A model generated the notes under the pieces. It was given only the letters and a program-made list of their open reading frames with translations. It had not been told where the DNA came from and searched no databases. A stretch of DNA of 64,000 nucleotides, taken from a virus (lineage: Duplodnaviria; Caudoviricetes). Below, piece after piece: positions 44,212 through 53,926 of the stretch. The first letter of the stretch is position 1; every line of letters begins with the position of its first letter. The stretch covers positions 298,533 through 362,532 of IMG/VR virus record IMGVR_UViG_3300017700_000931. One strand, 5' to 3'. Both the position numbers and the translations under genes were made by a program.

Positions 44212-44745
44212 TTAGGATTTTGTTTTTGGCTTAAGGAACATATTCATTTTTTTACCATCAATCGTTGGCATACTTTCAACCGTAGCATATTCCTCCAATG
44301 CAACAGCAAGTTCTAAAAGAAGTTTTTCACCTCGTTCTTTGTATGTCATTTCTCGACCTTTGAAGAACACAAATACTTTAACCTTATGTCCCTTCTCAAG
44401 GAACCCGATAATGTGTTTGGTTTTAAAGGCCAAATCATTGGCATCAGTATTCGGAGTAAACCGGACCTCTTTCATTGGTTTTGGTTTGCTTTGTGTTTTT
44501 TTACTTAACTCATAAAGATACTTTGAATAATCCATCAATTTAACAATTGGTGGACTAACACTAGCTGAAACTAGAACCAAATCTTTATCTTGAGATTCAG
44601 CTAACCTAATTGCTTCATTAAATGACATCACTTCCGGTTCTTCACCTTCAATAACTAATTTAACCTCAGTGGCTTTAATTTCTCTATTGATTAAATGAGG
44701 ATTTTTTTTAACCTCCCTCGATGGTTTATTGTGGCCTTTCGACAT
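44212..44745 (-). CDS. infC: Translation initiation factor IF3
   Basis: INREI.ATEV, DLVLV..PPIVKLMDYSKYLY, KEVRF.P..D.ND..FK..GFLEKGHKVKV..FKGRE. Confidence 0.93.
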   Translation of the reverse strand: MSKGHNKPSREVKKNPHLINREIKATEVKLVIEGEEPEVMSFNEAIRLAESQDKDLVLVSASVSPPIVKLMDYSKYLYELSKKTQSKPKPMKEVRFTPNTDANDLAFKTKHIIGFLEKGHKVKVFVFFKGREMTYKERGEKLLLELAVALEEYATVESMPTIDGKKMNMFLKPKTKS

Positions 44746-45199
44746 CTTTTTCTTCTATTATTTGAGTTATAAAATCTAAGCATTCAACTTGAGTGTAATG
44801 AAGTAGATTTCTAGCTTCATCAATGGTTACCCATCTATGGTCATCCATCTCAGGTAAGCCTACATTCCATTTTGATTTTTTATCAATGATTGAATTACAT
44901 TTGAAAACAAATTCATCAGAATTAATCTTAGGATTTTCAATCTCTAAAGCAATAAATGGTTTTAATTTTTTCTTACCATGCTTATATTTGATTGTATCTA
45001 ATTCATACCATTTAGTGACCTCACCTAAATCAACATTGGTTTCTTCCCAAGTCTCTCTTAATGCGGCACTAAGTGAATCCTCATTTTTCTCTAGCTTACC
45101 CTTTGGGATTGACCAAAAGTCATGTCCCGTTGGGTGTGCTATTAATAGTTTTGAGTCTTTATTTATAAAAAAGATTCCGGCGGTTTCTACTATTGCCAT
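44726..45199 (-). CDS. NUDIX hydrolase
   Basis: WSIPKGKLEKNEDSLSAALRETWEET Nudix box. Confidence 0.9.
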   Translation of the reverse strand: MAIVETAGIFFINKDSKLLIAHPTGHDFWSIPKGKLEKNEDSLSAALRETWEETNVDLGEVTKWYELDTIKYKHGKKKLKPFIALEIENPKINSDEFVFKCNSIIDKKSKWNVGLPEMDDHRWVTIDEARNLLHYTQVECLDFITQIIEEKDVERPQ

Positions 45200-45214
45200 T
45201 ATGTGATAATTTGT

Positions 45215-45529
45215 TTAATAACAAGCATACCAAAGTGACCATCTGCAATACCATGAATATCCTTCATACCATTGAGAGTACCAACCATTAGGCCCCCAAA
45301 CGTTAACATACCCACTGTAATACTCACTGTACCATTGTGTGTCTCTACAAAATTTCTGGTATATTGGATTACCGTAGTAATCATAACCAACAATTTCATA
45401 TTGCCATTCAGTCCAACTTTGACCTTGATTCTGATAATACTGGCCAGTGTTCCAACCACTTTGTGATATTGCAATTGTACTTAATAATACAAGCGTCAAA
45501 GATAATAATAAATTTTTAATCATTTTCAT
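45215..45529 (-). CDS. Secreted Trp/Tyr-rich protein
   Basis: Signal peptide ..STIAISQ; WY/YY-rich mature part. Confidence 0.7.
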   Translation of the reverse strand: MKMIKNLLLSLTLVLLSTIAISQSGWNTGQYYQNQGQSWTEWQYEIVGYDYYGNPIYQKFCRDTQWYSEYYSGYVNVWGPNGWYSQWYEGYSWYCRWSLWYACY

Positions 45530-45543
45530 TTTTTTATAAAATT

Positions 45544-46797
45544 TTATCCACCAACAATAAACCCTTCGCTTATTGATTTATCATCAGGCATTGGCATTGA
45601 CATATCAGGCATATCAGATATTCCACTTGCCATTTTTTCAAGTTTAATACTGATAGATTTCTTTTTCTTAGCTCGTTTAGGGTCAAGATTCATCAATCTA
45701 CTAAGCTTATCGTTTGTTTGTAAGTTGTTAGCATTTGAACCGTTGTCACCCCAAGCATAGTTGTAATGTGTACCGTATGATTTAATTACTTTGAAAATAA
45801 TTCTATCAGTAATACTAGATTCACCATTTTCATCTTCAGTAACAATATTAACTGCGACAGTATCTGGACCTAATATTTCATCAATCATACCGATGCTTTT
45901 ATTATTGATTTCAAACCAATAATTTGAATGTTCATCAACACTGTATTCTGGTCTTGGATAGATATTTGCATTATCTGCCAACATACCCAAATCCTTACCG
46001 TTTTCATCAAGTTCGTAAATTTTATATTTACCCTCAATTTTAGAAACATTGAATACATCACCGAATTCAAATGGAGATTCATTGTGGATGTTAACCTCAT
46101 TGATAATTGCTTTAACAATATCAACAGTAATCAAAGATAATCCGGTCATGAACTTCATGCACTCATCTTTAAATTCAGGATAAACAAGAATGTCATCAAT
46201 AATTTCTTCAACAACACTAGGTGATAAATCTTCGAATTTTTTAATATAACGAAGTCTTGATGGTCTTTCTTTAAGATTATCCTCAATGTGAAGTTTGTTT
46301 GTTGTTAACAAGAACATTCTTCTATATTGAGAATTCATCGCACCATCCATGATAGTCAACATATCATTTGATGTACCATAAATTTTTTCATATTCATCGA
46401 TGAAAATAGTAATGTTTTGTGGAATGCTATTAAGAAAATATTGTACTCCCTCATAAGCCTTACTTACAACAATAGTTGGTTGATTAAGGCGATTAGCAAG
46501 AATCTTACTAGAAACAGTTTTACCAGTTCCCTTAACACCATTAAGCAATAATCCAAGATTACCTGAATTAGTTGTTGTATAGGTTTTCATAACCCTATCA
46601 ATCAATTTTGATTCAAGACCATAAATTTTATAGTCAAATGTAAAACTTTCGCAAACTTCCGTCAAAAAGAATTGACCTGTTTGTGGATTCACATTAACAG
46701 TATAAACGATGTTTCTTAATTCTTCATGCTCAACTGATGGTGTAGTTAAATAAAAACACCCATTATGTTCGGCCCAGATTTTTCTTTTTAATTTCAT
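45544..46797 (-). CDS. AAA-family ATPase
   Basis: GVKGTGKT, IFIDEYEK, MDG, FLLTTN, RPSR. Confidence 0.85.
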   Translation of the reverse strand: MKLKRKIWAEHNGCFYLTTPSVEHEELRNIVYTVNVNPQTGQFFLTEVCESFTFDYKIYGLESKLIDRVMKTYTTTNSGNLGLLLNGVKGTGKTVSSKILANRLNQPTIVVSKAYEGVQYFLNSIPQNITIFIDEYEKIYGTSNDMLTIMDGAMNSQYRRMFLLTTNKLHIEDNLKERPSRLRYIKKFEDLSPSVVEEIIDDILVYPEFKDECMKFMTGLSLITVDIVKAIINEVNIHNESPFEFGDVFNVSKIEGKYKIYELDENGKDLGMLADNANIYPRPEYSVDEHSNYWFEINNKSIGMIDEILGPDTVAVNIVTEDENGESSITDRIIFKVIKSYGTHYNYAWGDNGSNANNLQTNDKLSRLMNLDPKRAKKKKSISIKLEKMASGISDMPDMSMPMPDDKSISEGFIVGG

Positions 46798-46816
46798 ATG
46801 TTTCTTAATATTTTCA

Positions 46817-46847
46817 CAAAGTTATATTTAAATTTTCGTACTCACAA
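46817..46847 (-). promoter_or_regulatory. Bacteroidota-type promoter
   Basis: Minus: TTG-N20-TAACTTTG. Confidence 0.65.
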
Positions 46848-46850
46848 TGA

Positions 46851-47519
46851 TTATTTAAATATTTCTTTTAATTTTTCTTCAAGCATTTCTTCAATACCAG
46901 CAAATTCAATTATCTCTGATAGATTTATATCAATCTGAGCACCATTAATAAGAACATAACTACCTTTATGGATACCAGCATCTTCACAATCTACATCGAA
47001 ATTAATTTTAAACCCACCATTTTCTTTTTTGATAACAACATTAATCGCTTTTTCGCTATTCATAATATACTCAGTACACTCTTTAAAGATAGTACTAAAT
47101 TCATTAGGTGTTATTGGGTAGACCATTTTAGGTAAAATACCCATTTCTTCAAGCATAATTTCAACTCTAACCCAATCAATGTACGGTCTATCTACACCAT
47201 TATCTATCAACGGCGCACCAAGTGCTGCATCATCAATATAAAGTTGACCATATGCTTTAGGAGATGATGTCCAACTTTTTTGTGTTGGGTTCGTGTTGAC
47301 ACCATACAATGGAATTCCTTTTTCTTTAAACCAATTCTCAGCATCCTTTAATTCTTTACCAGAACGCATAGTAAATAAAATTAGTCTGTGACCCATTTGT
47401 ACTAATCTATTCAAAACCGGAACTGCGCCAACATCCCTACCAACCCTTGGGTATTCGTGGGTTACTGGTGTTCCATCGAAATCTACACAGATTTCTAAAA
47501 AATCTTTTTTTCTACTCAT
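46851..47519 (-). CDS. HAD-family phosphatase (BT0820-like) with C-terminal extension
   Basis: VDFDGT, LILFTMR, YGVNTNP, SPKAY..LYIDD. Confidence 0.8.
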   Translation of the reverse strand: MSRKKDFLEICVDFDGTPVTHEYPRVGRDVGAVPVLNRLVQMGHRLILFTMRSGKELKDAENWFKEKGIPLYGVNTNPTQKSWTSSPKAYGQLYIDDAALGAPLIDNGVDRPYIDWVRVEIMLEEMGILPKMVYPITPNEFSTIFKECTEYIMNSEKAINVVIKKENGGFKINFDVDCEDAGIHKGSYVLINGAQIDINLSEIIEFAGIEEMLEEKLKEIFK

Positions 47520-47776
47520 ATAATCTTTTTTTCTTTGTTAAATCGAATTAATAAACTATTCACACATGTAATTGCCTTTCGCATTTCTTCATATGTAGTT
47601 GGTGCATCAATTACAATATAACCTATTTCTTCATCGGTAGCATTCTCACAAAACCAATTAAGTTCCTCGTCATTAATTCGCCACTGTTGTTTTATTGCAT
47701 CATCAAATACATCGGTAATGCCACCACGTCCTTTGAATATAATATCCTCTCTATTTTTTCTACTCAATCTAGTCAT
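47516..47776 (-). CDS. Hypothetical protein
   Basis: ATG 47776; overlapping run. Confidence 0.6.
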   Translation of the reverse strand: MTRLSRKNREDIIFKGRGGITDVFDDAIKQQWRINDEELNWFCENATDEEIGYIVIDAPTTYEEMRKAITCVNSLLIRFNKEKKII

Positions 47777-47783
47777 TATAATA

Positions 47784-49364
47784 TTATTTAAACGTTGTGA
47801 ATTCACCATCAATAAAATTGATGTGTTGTGAACGCCCATCGTTATGTATGATTACATGTGATTGCAACCAGCTACTTGCACCACGGTTATATCCCACACG
47901 CAATTTAGTGGAGGTACCAACTGATAATGCACCATCTTTACGACCCGGAGAGTGGTAATGTCCTACAATAATTTTTGTATTCAATTTTCTAAATTGAAGC
48001 AATGACCCACGACTTCCATTGGAACCAATATCGCCATGTTGTCCAAGTTCCCAACCCTTAACCAAATAAGATGCACTTCGTCCAAGCGTAATGAATTTTG
48101 GGAATTTCTCATTTATAATACTTGGAATAACACCAATTACATTGTGTGGATTAATAGCATATTGTTCCAACAACTTATCACTCAATTTCATGTATAATCT
48201 AGAGTTCTTAAATGTTGGTTGTTTTTTCCAATCTTCATTTTCGAGCCATCTATCAAGAAAATCATCATGGTTACTTCTAACGATAACAACATTATCAAAT
48301 TTCTCGAATGCTTTCAATCCCTCAATCATATTATCCAATTCCTTACCTAAGTCATTAGTCCCAGCAACCTCTTTACCGTATTGAATAAATGCATTCTTCA
48401 TTTCATGATGGCTAATAGAATTACCATCAAAAACATCATGAAGAATCACATGTGTTGGTTTTATTTTCTTAAGCATCTGCATTGACGCATCAAGCGTTTT
48501 TTGGTCATGGTGACCATAGTGAATATCACCAAAGACAATCCCAGCTATACTATCAATTTTATTAACACCATTACCATCTACCTTATAATATAAATCAGTA
48601 AAATCACCTGTTTTATCATCAGCGGTTACTTGTCTTACGAAGAATGTTTTATCATCTTTAATTTCGACAATTACAAAACCAAATGTGTGATGGAAATCAC
48701 CAACTTTACCACTCTTAGAATCAGTATAATTTTTTTGAGTGCAAGCACCTGTGGTAAGCATCATTTTAGGTTTACAACCTTCCAGAACCGGAATCATTTC
48801 AAGTTGAACCTTTGGGTGTCCAAATATACATGAGTTAATACCACTTAAGGCATTCATACCAGTCATTGGATTAACCGCTGTTGGTTGAATTTTGATATCA
48901 GATAAAATCGAAACATATTTATGGATATCATGTCGATTAGCATCCAAATATTTTACTAGACTACTATCCCAAAATTCTTCTTCATTTTGTTGTTCGGACC
49001 AAAGAGATGTCGGATTTTTATATCTACCAGCAATAACTAAAAGTTCTGCTTTATGAAATTCCGCATATGCTTCCATACGCTTTAAGAAACCCTTATGTAC
49101 TGGAGTATTATTTTGTGCATAAGTAACCATGAATTTTTTGGTATTCTTACCTAGTGTTCTCTTCTTGGCCTCTTCATATTGAGCAGATTCAATCTCCTCT
49201 TGTTTTGTAAGGCTTAATTTCTTAGCCCAATTTCTGACAGTTTTTTCATCTTTATCAATAAAGTTGGACAGTGTTCTCATTCTTTCATCCCACTTTAGCG
49301 ATTGATTCCAGTAAATTTGTTTGAAATAATTTTTATCCTTGTCAGTTAATTCTTTAAATTTCAT
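47784..49364 (-). CDS. Large phage metallophosphoesterase with HTH-like N-terminus
   Basis: GDIHYG, HDVFDG, SNHD, HGD, GHYHS; N-term KDEKTVRNWAKKL. Confidence 0.75.
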   Translation of the reverse strand: MKFKELTDKDKNYFKQIYWNQSLKWDERMRTLSNFIDKDEKTVRNWAKKLSLTKQEEIESAQYEEAKKRTLGKNTKKFMVTYAQNNTPVHKGFLKRMEAYAEFHKAELLVIAGRYKNPTSLWSEQQNEEEFWDSSLVKYLDANRHDIHKYVSILSDIKIQPTAVNPMTGMNALSGINSCIFGHPKVQLEMIPVLEGCKPKMMLTTGACTQKNYTDSKSGKVGDFHHTFGFVIVEIKDDKTFFVRQVTADDKTGDFTDLYYKVDGNGVNKIDSIAGIVFGDIHYGHHDQKTLDASMQMLKKIKPTHVILHDVFDGNSISHHEMKNAFIQYGKEVAGTNDLGKELDNMIEGLKAFEKFDNVVIVRSNHDDFLDRWLENEDWKKQPTFKNSRLYMKLSDKLLEQYAINPHNVIGVIPSIINEKFPKFITLGRSASYLVKGWELGQHGDIGSNGSRGSLLQFRKLNTKIIVGHYHSPGRKDGALSVGTSTKLRVGYNRGASSWLQSHVIIHNDGRSQHINFIDGEFTTFK

Positions 49365-49440
49365 CAATGTGTTTTTAACATCTATGTTATTGTTCAGCGA
49401 AAATACACAAAAAATTACCACCTCACAAGTAATTTAAAGT

Positions 49441-49480
49441 AAAAAAAAAAAACCTATGTAAAGCTTTACATAGGTTTTTT
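49441..49480 (-). terminator. Terminator built on a perfect 34-bp palindrome
   Basis: AAAAAACCTATGTAAAG|CTTTACATAGGTTTTTT with 12-nt U-tract on minus, right after Thg1 stop. Confidence 0.8.
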
Positions 49481-49488
49481 AAATTATT

Positions 49489-50319
49489 TTAATCCATATC
49501 GGGACAAGGAATTGTCTTTATTAATGAGTTTAGATATTCTCTGTCTTGTGTGAATATTGGTGTGTCGTAATCAACGAGCCATCTCTTACGTATAACAGTA
49601 GCATCAGGTTCAATTGTATTTAATGCCTGACCATTGCTAATCGGCACCTCAACATCAAACTTACGAATGATGACACCTCTTTTTTGTTGAACAGAATAAT
49701 CATTCCAATTCACACCTTTATCCATCATCATGTCTTGTTTTTCTGAACCGGATTTACCATCAAGTGCCTTGTGTGAATATAATGCACTAGCGGCCATACT
49801 AACTGAATTTCTAGTAGCGTCTTGCTGACGGTGTACAAAATAATTACCAACTTCTCTGAAATCAGGAATGATAAAAACCCTAGAATCAAAAATGGTTTCG
49901 TAAATAGCTTTACCATTAATTATTGACAACATAAAATCACCCATGTCAATATCATTTTCTTCCGCATCTAGAATCAGCATTTTTTTATTAAATGATACTG
50001 CTGCCTTCGATGCAGTAAGAGAACATAATTTTTGTACCTTACCATCAAACATTTGTTGTGCCTCAATACCAAAGTCAGTAAAGACCAAACTAATTTCATC
50101 TGATTGGGTGTAAGCGAAGTCTGGGTTGAAATACTTGCACATTTCTAATGCAGCATAATTCATAGATTCAGAAAATTTATCATCAAATGGTTTAACCATT
50201 TTTTTAGTAAATTTTGAAAATCCCTTTCCATCAACCCTTACTATTGTGTAAGTCCTAGGTGGTATTAATACACTGTATGACGCTTCATACCTTTTAAATC
50301 TATCTGCTGCACTTTTCAT
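49489..50319 (-). CDS. tRNA(His) guanylyltransferase / Thg1-like 3'-5' polymerase
   Basis: VRVDGKGFSKFT, YTQSDEISL, FDGKVQK..S, FDSRVF.IP, RQQDA.RNS. Confidence 0.92.
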   Translation of the reverse strand: MKSAADRFKRYEASYSVLIPPRTYTIVRVDGKGFSKFTKKMVKPFDDKFSESMNYAALEMCKYFNPDFAYTQSDEISLVFTDFGIEAQQMFDGKVQKLCSLTASKAAVSFNKKMLILDAEENDIDMGDFMLSIINGKAIYETIFDSRVFIIPDFREVGNYFVHRQQDATRNSVSMAASALYSHKALDGKSGSEKQDMMMDKGVNWNDYSVQQKRGVIIRKFDVEVPISNGQALNTIEPDATVIRKRWLVDYDTPIFTQDREYLNSLIKTIPCPDMD

Positions 50320-50558
50320 TTCGTTCTGTTTTGTTCTTCTTTTTTATAATTTTTTTCAATTTCATCCTGTGCTGCTAATGGTTCACCAATTAAATCACGA
50401 ATACCACTTGCATAGATGGTTGTTGCATAAGTACATAAATCACACCTATATCTTTTAACACCAGACCGAGCTTTTGGTCTAGTTAATCTTCTTTTCTTCG
50501 CAGTTACGGCCTTAACCAACTCCATTGGTTGATTACATATTAAACATTTAGGAATCAT
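50316..50558 (-). CDS. Zinc-ribbon protein
   Basis: CLIC...CDLC. Confidence 0.65.
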   Translation of the reverse strand: MIPKCLICNQPMELVKAVTAKKRRLTRPKARSGVKRYRCDLCTYATTIYASGIRDLIGEPLAAQDEIEKNYKKEEQNRTK

Positions 50559-50560
50559 AA

Positions 50561-50743
50561 TTATGGTTCTAAATCACTTAAACATATGTTACCACTCAAC
50601 AATCCAATTAGTGTTTCTGATTCTTCAATATCTGTAGATTCAGTAGTGAACTGTTTGCCATTTTCATCATACCATTCAATTGTTGCCCTAAATCTTGGTT
50701 TACCATTTTCATCGTTACCAACATTGTAATTATTTGCATCCAT
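50561..50743 (-). CDS. Small acidic protein
   Basis: Packed gene run. Confidence 0.55.
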   Translation of the reverse strand: MDANNYNVGNDENGKPRFRATIEWYDENGKQFTTESTDIEESETLIGLLSGNICLSDLEP

Positions 50744-50744
50744 A

Positions 50745-51302
50745 TTAACTTACGTTTTCTAATTCTTTATTAGCAACACAAAGAGATTTTATTTTCTTAA
50801 TTGCCGATGAATATCTTGCATGCCCACACTCATGTGATATACCACATTTTTTTGAAGCTACAGTAATAGCAAACCCATCAATAGAATGCATATTAAAGAT
50901 GGTTCGTTGTCCAATACTTAATGACTCCATTGCTAATAGGATATCACTTATTTCTATGTTATTTAATTTGAAAGCAGTGTCCGATACTTCAGGTATGTCT
51001 TCTAAAATAAAATCAGATTCAATTTCTTTAAGTGCACCAGTTTTTTTAATTGATGCAATGTGTTCATCAATCATTAATTTTTTAAACCAAGTGATAAAAT
51101 GTTTTTCTGTTGTACCATTAAATCTTTTAATCAAATTAAAAGCTAAAATGAAACCATTAGTGGCCATGTCTTCAGCCATCTTATTGTCACCACAATATCT
51201 AATACAAATACCCTTAATTTTAGGGTAGTATTTTTCAAATAATATTTGTTGTAGTAATGAGTCTTTAATCTTACAACCGTTAATGATGTCTACTAATTCC
51301 AT
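50745..51302 (-). CDS. ECF-type sigma70 factor, divergent region 4
   Basis: IINGCK..QQILFEKYY..ICIRY..AEDM..GFI..F; MESLS.GQRTIFNMH.IDG. Confidence 0.75.
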   Translation of the reverse strand: MELVDIINGCKIKDSLLQQILFEKYYPKIKGICIRYCGDNKMAEDMATNGFILAFNLIKRFNGTTEKHFITWFKKLMIDEHIASIKKTGALKEIESDFILEDIPEVSDTAFKLNNIEISDILLAMESLSIGQRTIFNMHSIDGFAITVASKKCGISHECGHARYSSAIKKIKSLCVANKELENVS

Positions 51303-51754
51303 TTTGTTTGAGTTAAAATTTCTAAAGCTTCTTCTAGTGTTTTTGGACCTTTTTTAATTATGGCCAGTGTCTTTTCTAGAATATAATAAGCACTTTTTAA
51401 TCCGGCTCTATCATCTAAAAAATGACTATAAAATATTTTACCTTCTTTTTTCCCATTAACCCAAACGATGCCCTCATTAATAGTATCCCAAGGAATCTCA
51501 CGCTCATCAAGATATTTTTTGATTTCATCATGTCTATCATCATTGGAGTGAGTATACACTATGAATTTTGCATATGGTCTGCATTCTTTGATTAAATTCA
51601 CTACTAACTCAAACGAATAACCTTTCTTATGCCAATCAAAAACTGTGTTGTCATAATCATATGCTAGGATAATACTTCCATGTCGCATATAATCAGTAAG
51701 CAATCGCTGTACTGCAAAATCTTCATCTAAAAATGGGTCAGTAACGCTTTTCAT
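51293..51754 (-). CDS. HAD-like phage protein
   Basis: AYDYDNT, IVYT, K.FY..FLDDRAG. Confidence 0.7.
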   Translation of the reverse strand: MKSVTDPFLDEDFAVQRLLTDYMRHGSIILAYDYDNTVFDWHKKGYSFELVVNLIKECRPYAKFIVYTHSNDDRHDEIKKYLDEREIPWDTINEGIVWVNGKKEGKIFYSHFLDDRAGLKSAYYILEKTLAIIKKGPKTLEEALEILTQTKWN

Positions 51755-52773
51755 TAACCAAGATGTTTTAATTCATCAACACTAGAATTGTTATTAATCG
51801 CTTTAATTGCTAATGCAATCTGACTAGCAGTACTAACTTGTGTTATGAAACTACTGGTTTCCACTTCAACAGCCTCACCATGAGTATCTGGTATAAAAGA
51901 ATGTTTAATTGGTAATGAATCTGAACACATAAACCCAGATAAATTAGATGCATGGATTCGGTCTAAAGCCAATCCACTCAAAACTCCGTGTGTTACAACA
52001 GCGGTAACATATTTGGCACCACATGTTAGTAATTCATCACATGCTTTAACTAAGGTACCACCTGTATCACACATATCATCAACAATAACAACATGTTTGT
52101 TTTTCACATCACCAATTAAAACCATGGATTCGATTTTGTTGGCTTCTTTTCTGGTTTTATCAATCATTACGATTGGCAAATCAATTGCGTACCTATCTTT
52201 AATCTGGTCTCTGAAGCGTTTAACTCTTTTAGCAGCTCCAGCATCCGGTGCACATAAAACAACATCGTGGCCACCATCCATATGCAAATTATAAATTTGC
52301 CAATCGAATAGGTATTTACCTTCCATGTGCGTTACTGGAATATTGAAAAAACCTTGAATTTGGTCTGCATGTAAATCAAATGTAATTACTTGAGTTGCCC
52401 CACGAAATTCTAGCATTTCAGCCATGACTTTAGCTCCGATTGGGCCACGAGTCTGGTCTTTCTTATCTTGTCTAGCGTATGGGAAATATGGAATGATTGG
52501 GATGATTTCTTTTGCCGCAGCTCTCTTTGCTGCATCAATTGCGAAATTCAATTGCATTATTTTATTTGAATTATTCGGGGAGCACAGTAAATAAACTCGT
52601 TTACCTCTTACACTATCCAAAAAATCATAACAAACTTCACCATCAGAAAATTCTTGTACATGGCCCCTACCAATCTTAGTTTGTTGATTATCTTTTTCTG
52701 TAGTTAAAAGCTGCTTAGCAACCTTATCCAAAAGGTCTTCACGACCATCCACCGAAAATATTATTGAATCCAT
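51754..52773 (-). CDS. prs: Ribose-phosphate pyrophosphokinase (Prs) or Prs-like Adps
   Basis: FSDGE, PYFPYARQDK, DLHADQIQGFF, PDAG, VDDMCDTGGT, THG. Confidence 0.88.
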   Translation of the reverse strand: MDSIIFSVDGREDLLDKVAKQLLTTEKDNQQTKIGRGHVQEFSDGEVCYDFLDSVRGKRVYLLCSPNNSNKIMQLNFAIDAAKRAAAKEIIPIIPYFPYARQDKKDQTRGPIGAKVMAEMLEFRGATQVITFDLHADQIQGFFNIPVTHMEGKYLFDWQIYNLHMDGGHDVVLCAPDAGAAKRVKRFRDQIKDRYAIDLPIVMIDKTRKEANKIESMVLIGDVKNKHVVIVDDMCDTGGTLVKACDELLTCGAKYVTAVVTHGVLSGLALDRIHASNLSGFMCSDSLPIKHSFIPDTHGEAVEVETSSFITQVSTASQIALAIKAINNNSSVDELKHLG

Positions 52774-52789
52774 AATGTATTATTTATGG

Positions 52790-52821
52790 CAAAGATAGGA
52801 ATTAATTATGAACTTTCCAAA
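52790..52821 (-). promoter_or_regulatory. Bacteroidota-type promoter for prs
   Basis: Minus: TTTG-N20-TATCTTTG. Confidence 0.75.
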
Positions 52822-52829
52822 TAATTGAT

Positions 52830-53351
52830 TTAATTTACCATGAAATCTTGGTATAAATCAATAAAATAATTTCCTACAAAATAAGCTGATTCTGAACTCA
52901 TAAAGTAAAAAGTTGAACTAGATGTTGAGCCTCTAAAATGCCAATGCTTAACTACGGATTCGAACTCAATGATTTTATCCGGTGAACTTAAATCAAAAAA
53001 TGGGGCATATCTAGGCTCCGAAATGATGGTCCAGTTAGGTTCAAGCCCACCATTAATAGCTTTTATTATAATGTTTAATTTATGAGCAGCAACAGTGAAT
53101 TTGTTGTCTACTGGGGGATTTGGTTCGATACCTAATTTAAAACAAGCATCCTCATAGGATAGGATACCTATTCTTTTACCATAAGCAATCAAAAATGCTT
53201 TTCTAATTTTATAAATCTCATCTTGTGACTCAATCCCTAAAACACTTAGCATTTCATCTTCATTACCTAGTGGTATTAAATTGAATTTTTTTTCAATTAT
53301 ATCAACCCAAGCTTCAATTGTTTTGGGTATATTATAATTATTTTTCATCAC
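52830..53351 (-). CDS. Phage hypothetical protein, paralog of 849-1373
   Basis: Full-length motif sharing. Confidence 0.8.
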   Translation of the reverse strand: MMKNNYNIPKTIEAWVDIIEKKFNLIPLGNEDEMLSVLGIESQDEIYKIRKAFLIAYGKRIGILSYEDACFKLGIEPNPPVDNKFTVAAHKLNIIIKAINGGLEPNWTIISEPRYAPFFDLSSPDKIIEFESVVKHWHFRGSTSSSTFYFMSSESAYFVGNYFIDLYQDFMVN

Positions 53352-53354
53352 ATA

Positions 53355-53672
53355 TCAACCAATCTTAACCCAATTGATATCATGGTGTTTAGTCTTGTAA
53401 TGTCCTGTTTTAAATTCACCTGTGGCCAACATAATTTGTAGTGCCCTAGGTAACTCAGAATGAAGTTTATCCATCTCATCCATTTGTTCTTGGGTGTATG
53501 GTTTAACGTCAGGACTTGTTGGGTCGAATGGTACGTCCGGTTTACCATATAGGATTAAACCAAGCTCTTCGTAAATATCATCTTTAGATGCATCTTCACC
53601 AAGCCATTCCCAATTCACATTTTTTACTAATGAAATATGTTTTTCAGTTAATTCAAATTTTAGTACACTCAT
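53355..53672 (-). CDS. Hypothetical protein
   Basis: LTEKHISLV..ALQIML.TG.FK.G.Y. Confidence 0.7.
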   Translation of the reverse strand: MSVLKFELTEKHISLVKNVNWEWLGEDASKDDIYEELGLILYGKPDVPFDPTSPDVKPYTQEQMDEMDKLHSELPRALQIMLATGEFKTGHYKTKHHDINWVKIG

Positions 53673-53926
53673 TTTACCAATTCTCTTATTTTTGTTATTA
53701 GAAACTCAGTTTCCAATTTATGATGTTGTATCAATTTCTGATACTCGGCTTTCCAGTCTACATCTTCTTTATTTGGGTCGATTTCATAATACTTGGGAAC
53801 TTTAATCCAAGTATATGAATTCAATATTTCTTCACGTTCAGCAATTTTCTTTGCCTTTTCTTCAGCATTCTTTTGTGCTGCTAGATTTTGGTCTTCATGC
53901 CATTCAGAATGATTACTCATCGTCAA
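53669..53926 (-). CDS. Hypothetical protein
   Basis: Overlapping run. Confidence 0.65.
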   Translation of the reverse strand: MTMSNHSEWHEDQNLAAQKNAEEKAKKIAEREEILNSYTWIKVPKYYEIDPNKEDVDWKAEYQKLIQHHKLETEFLITKIRELVK

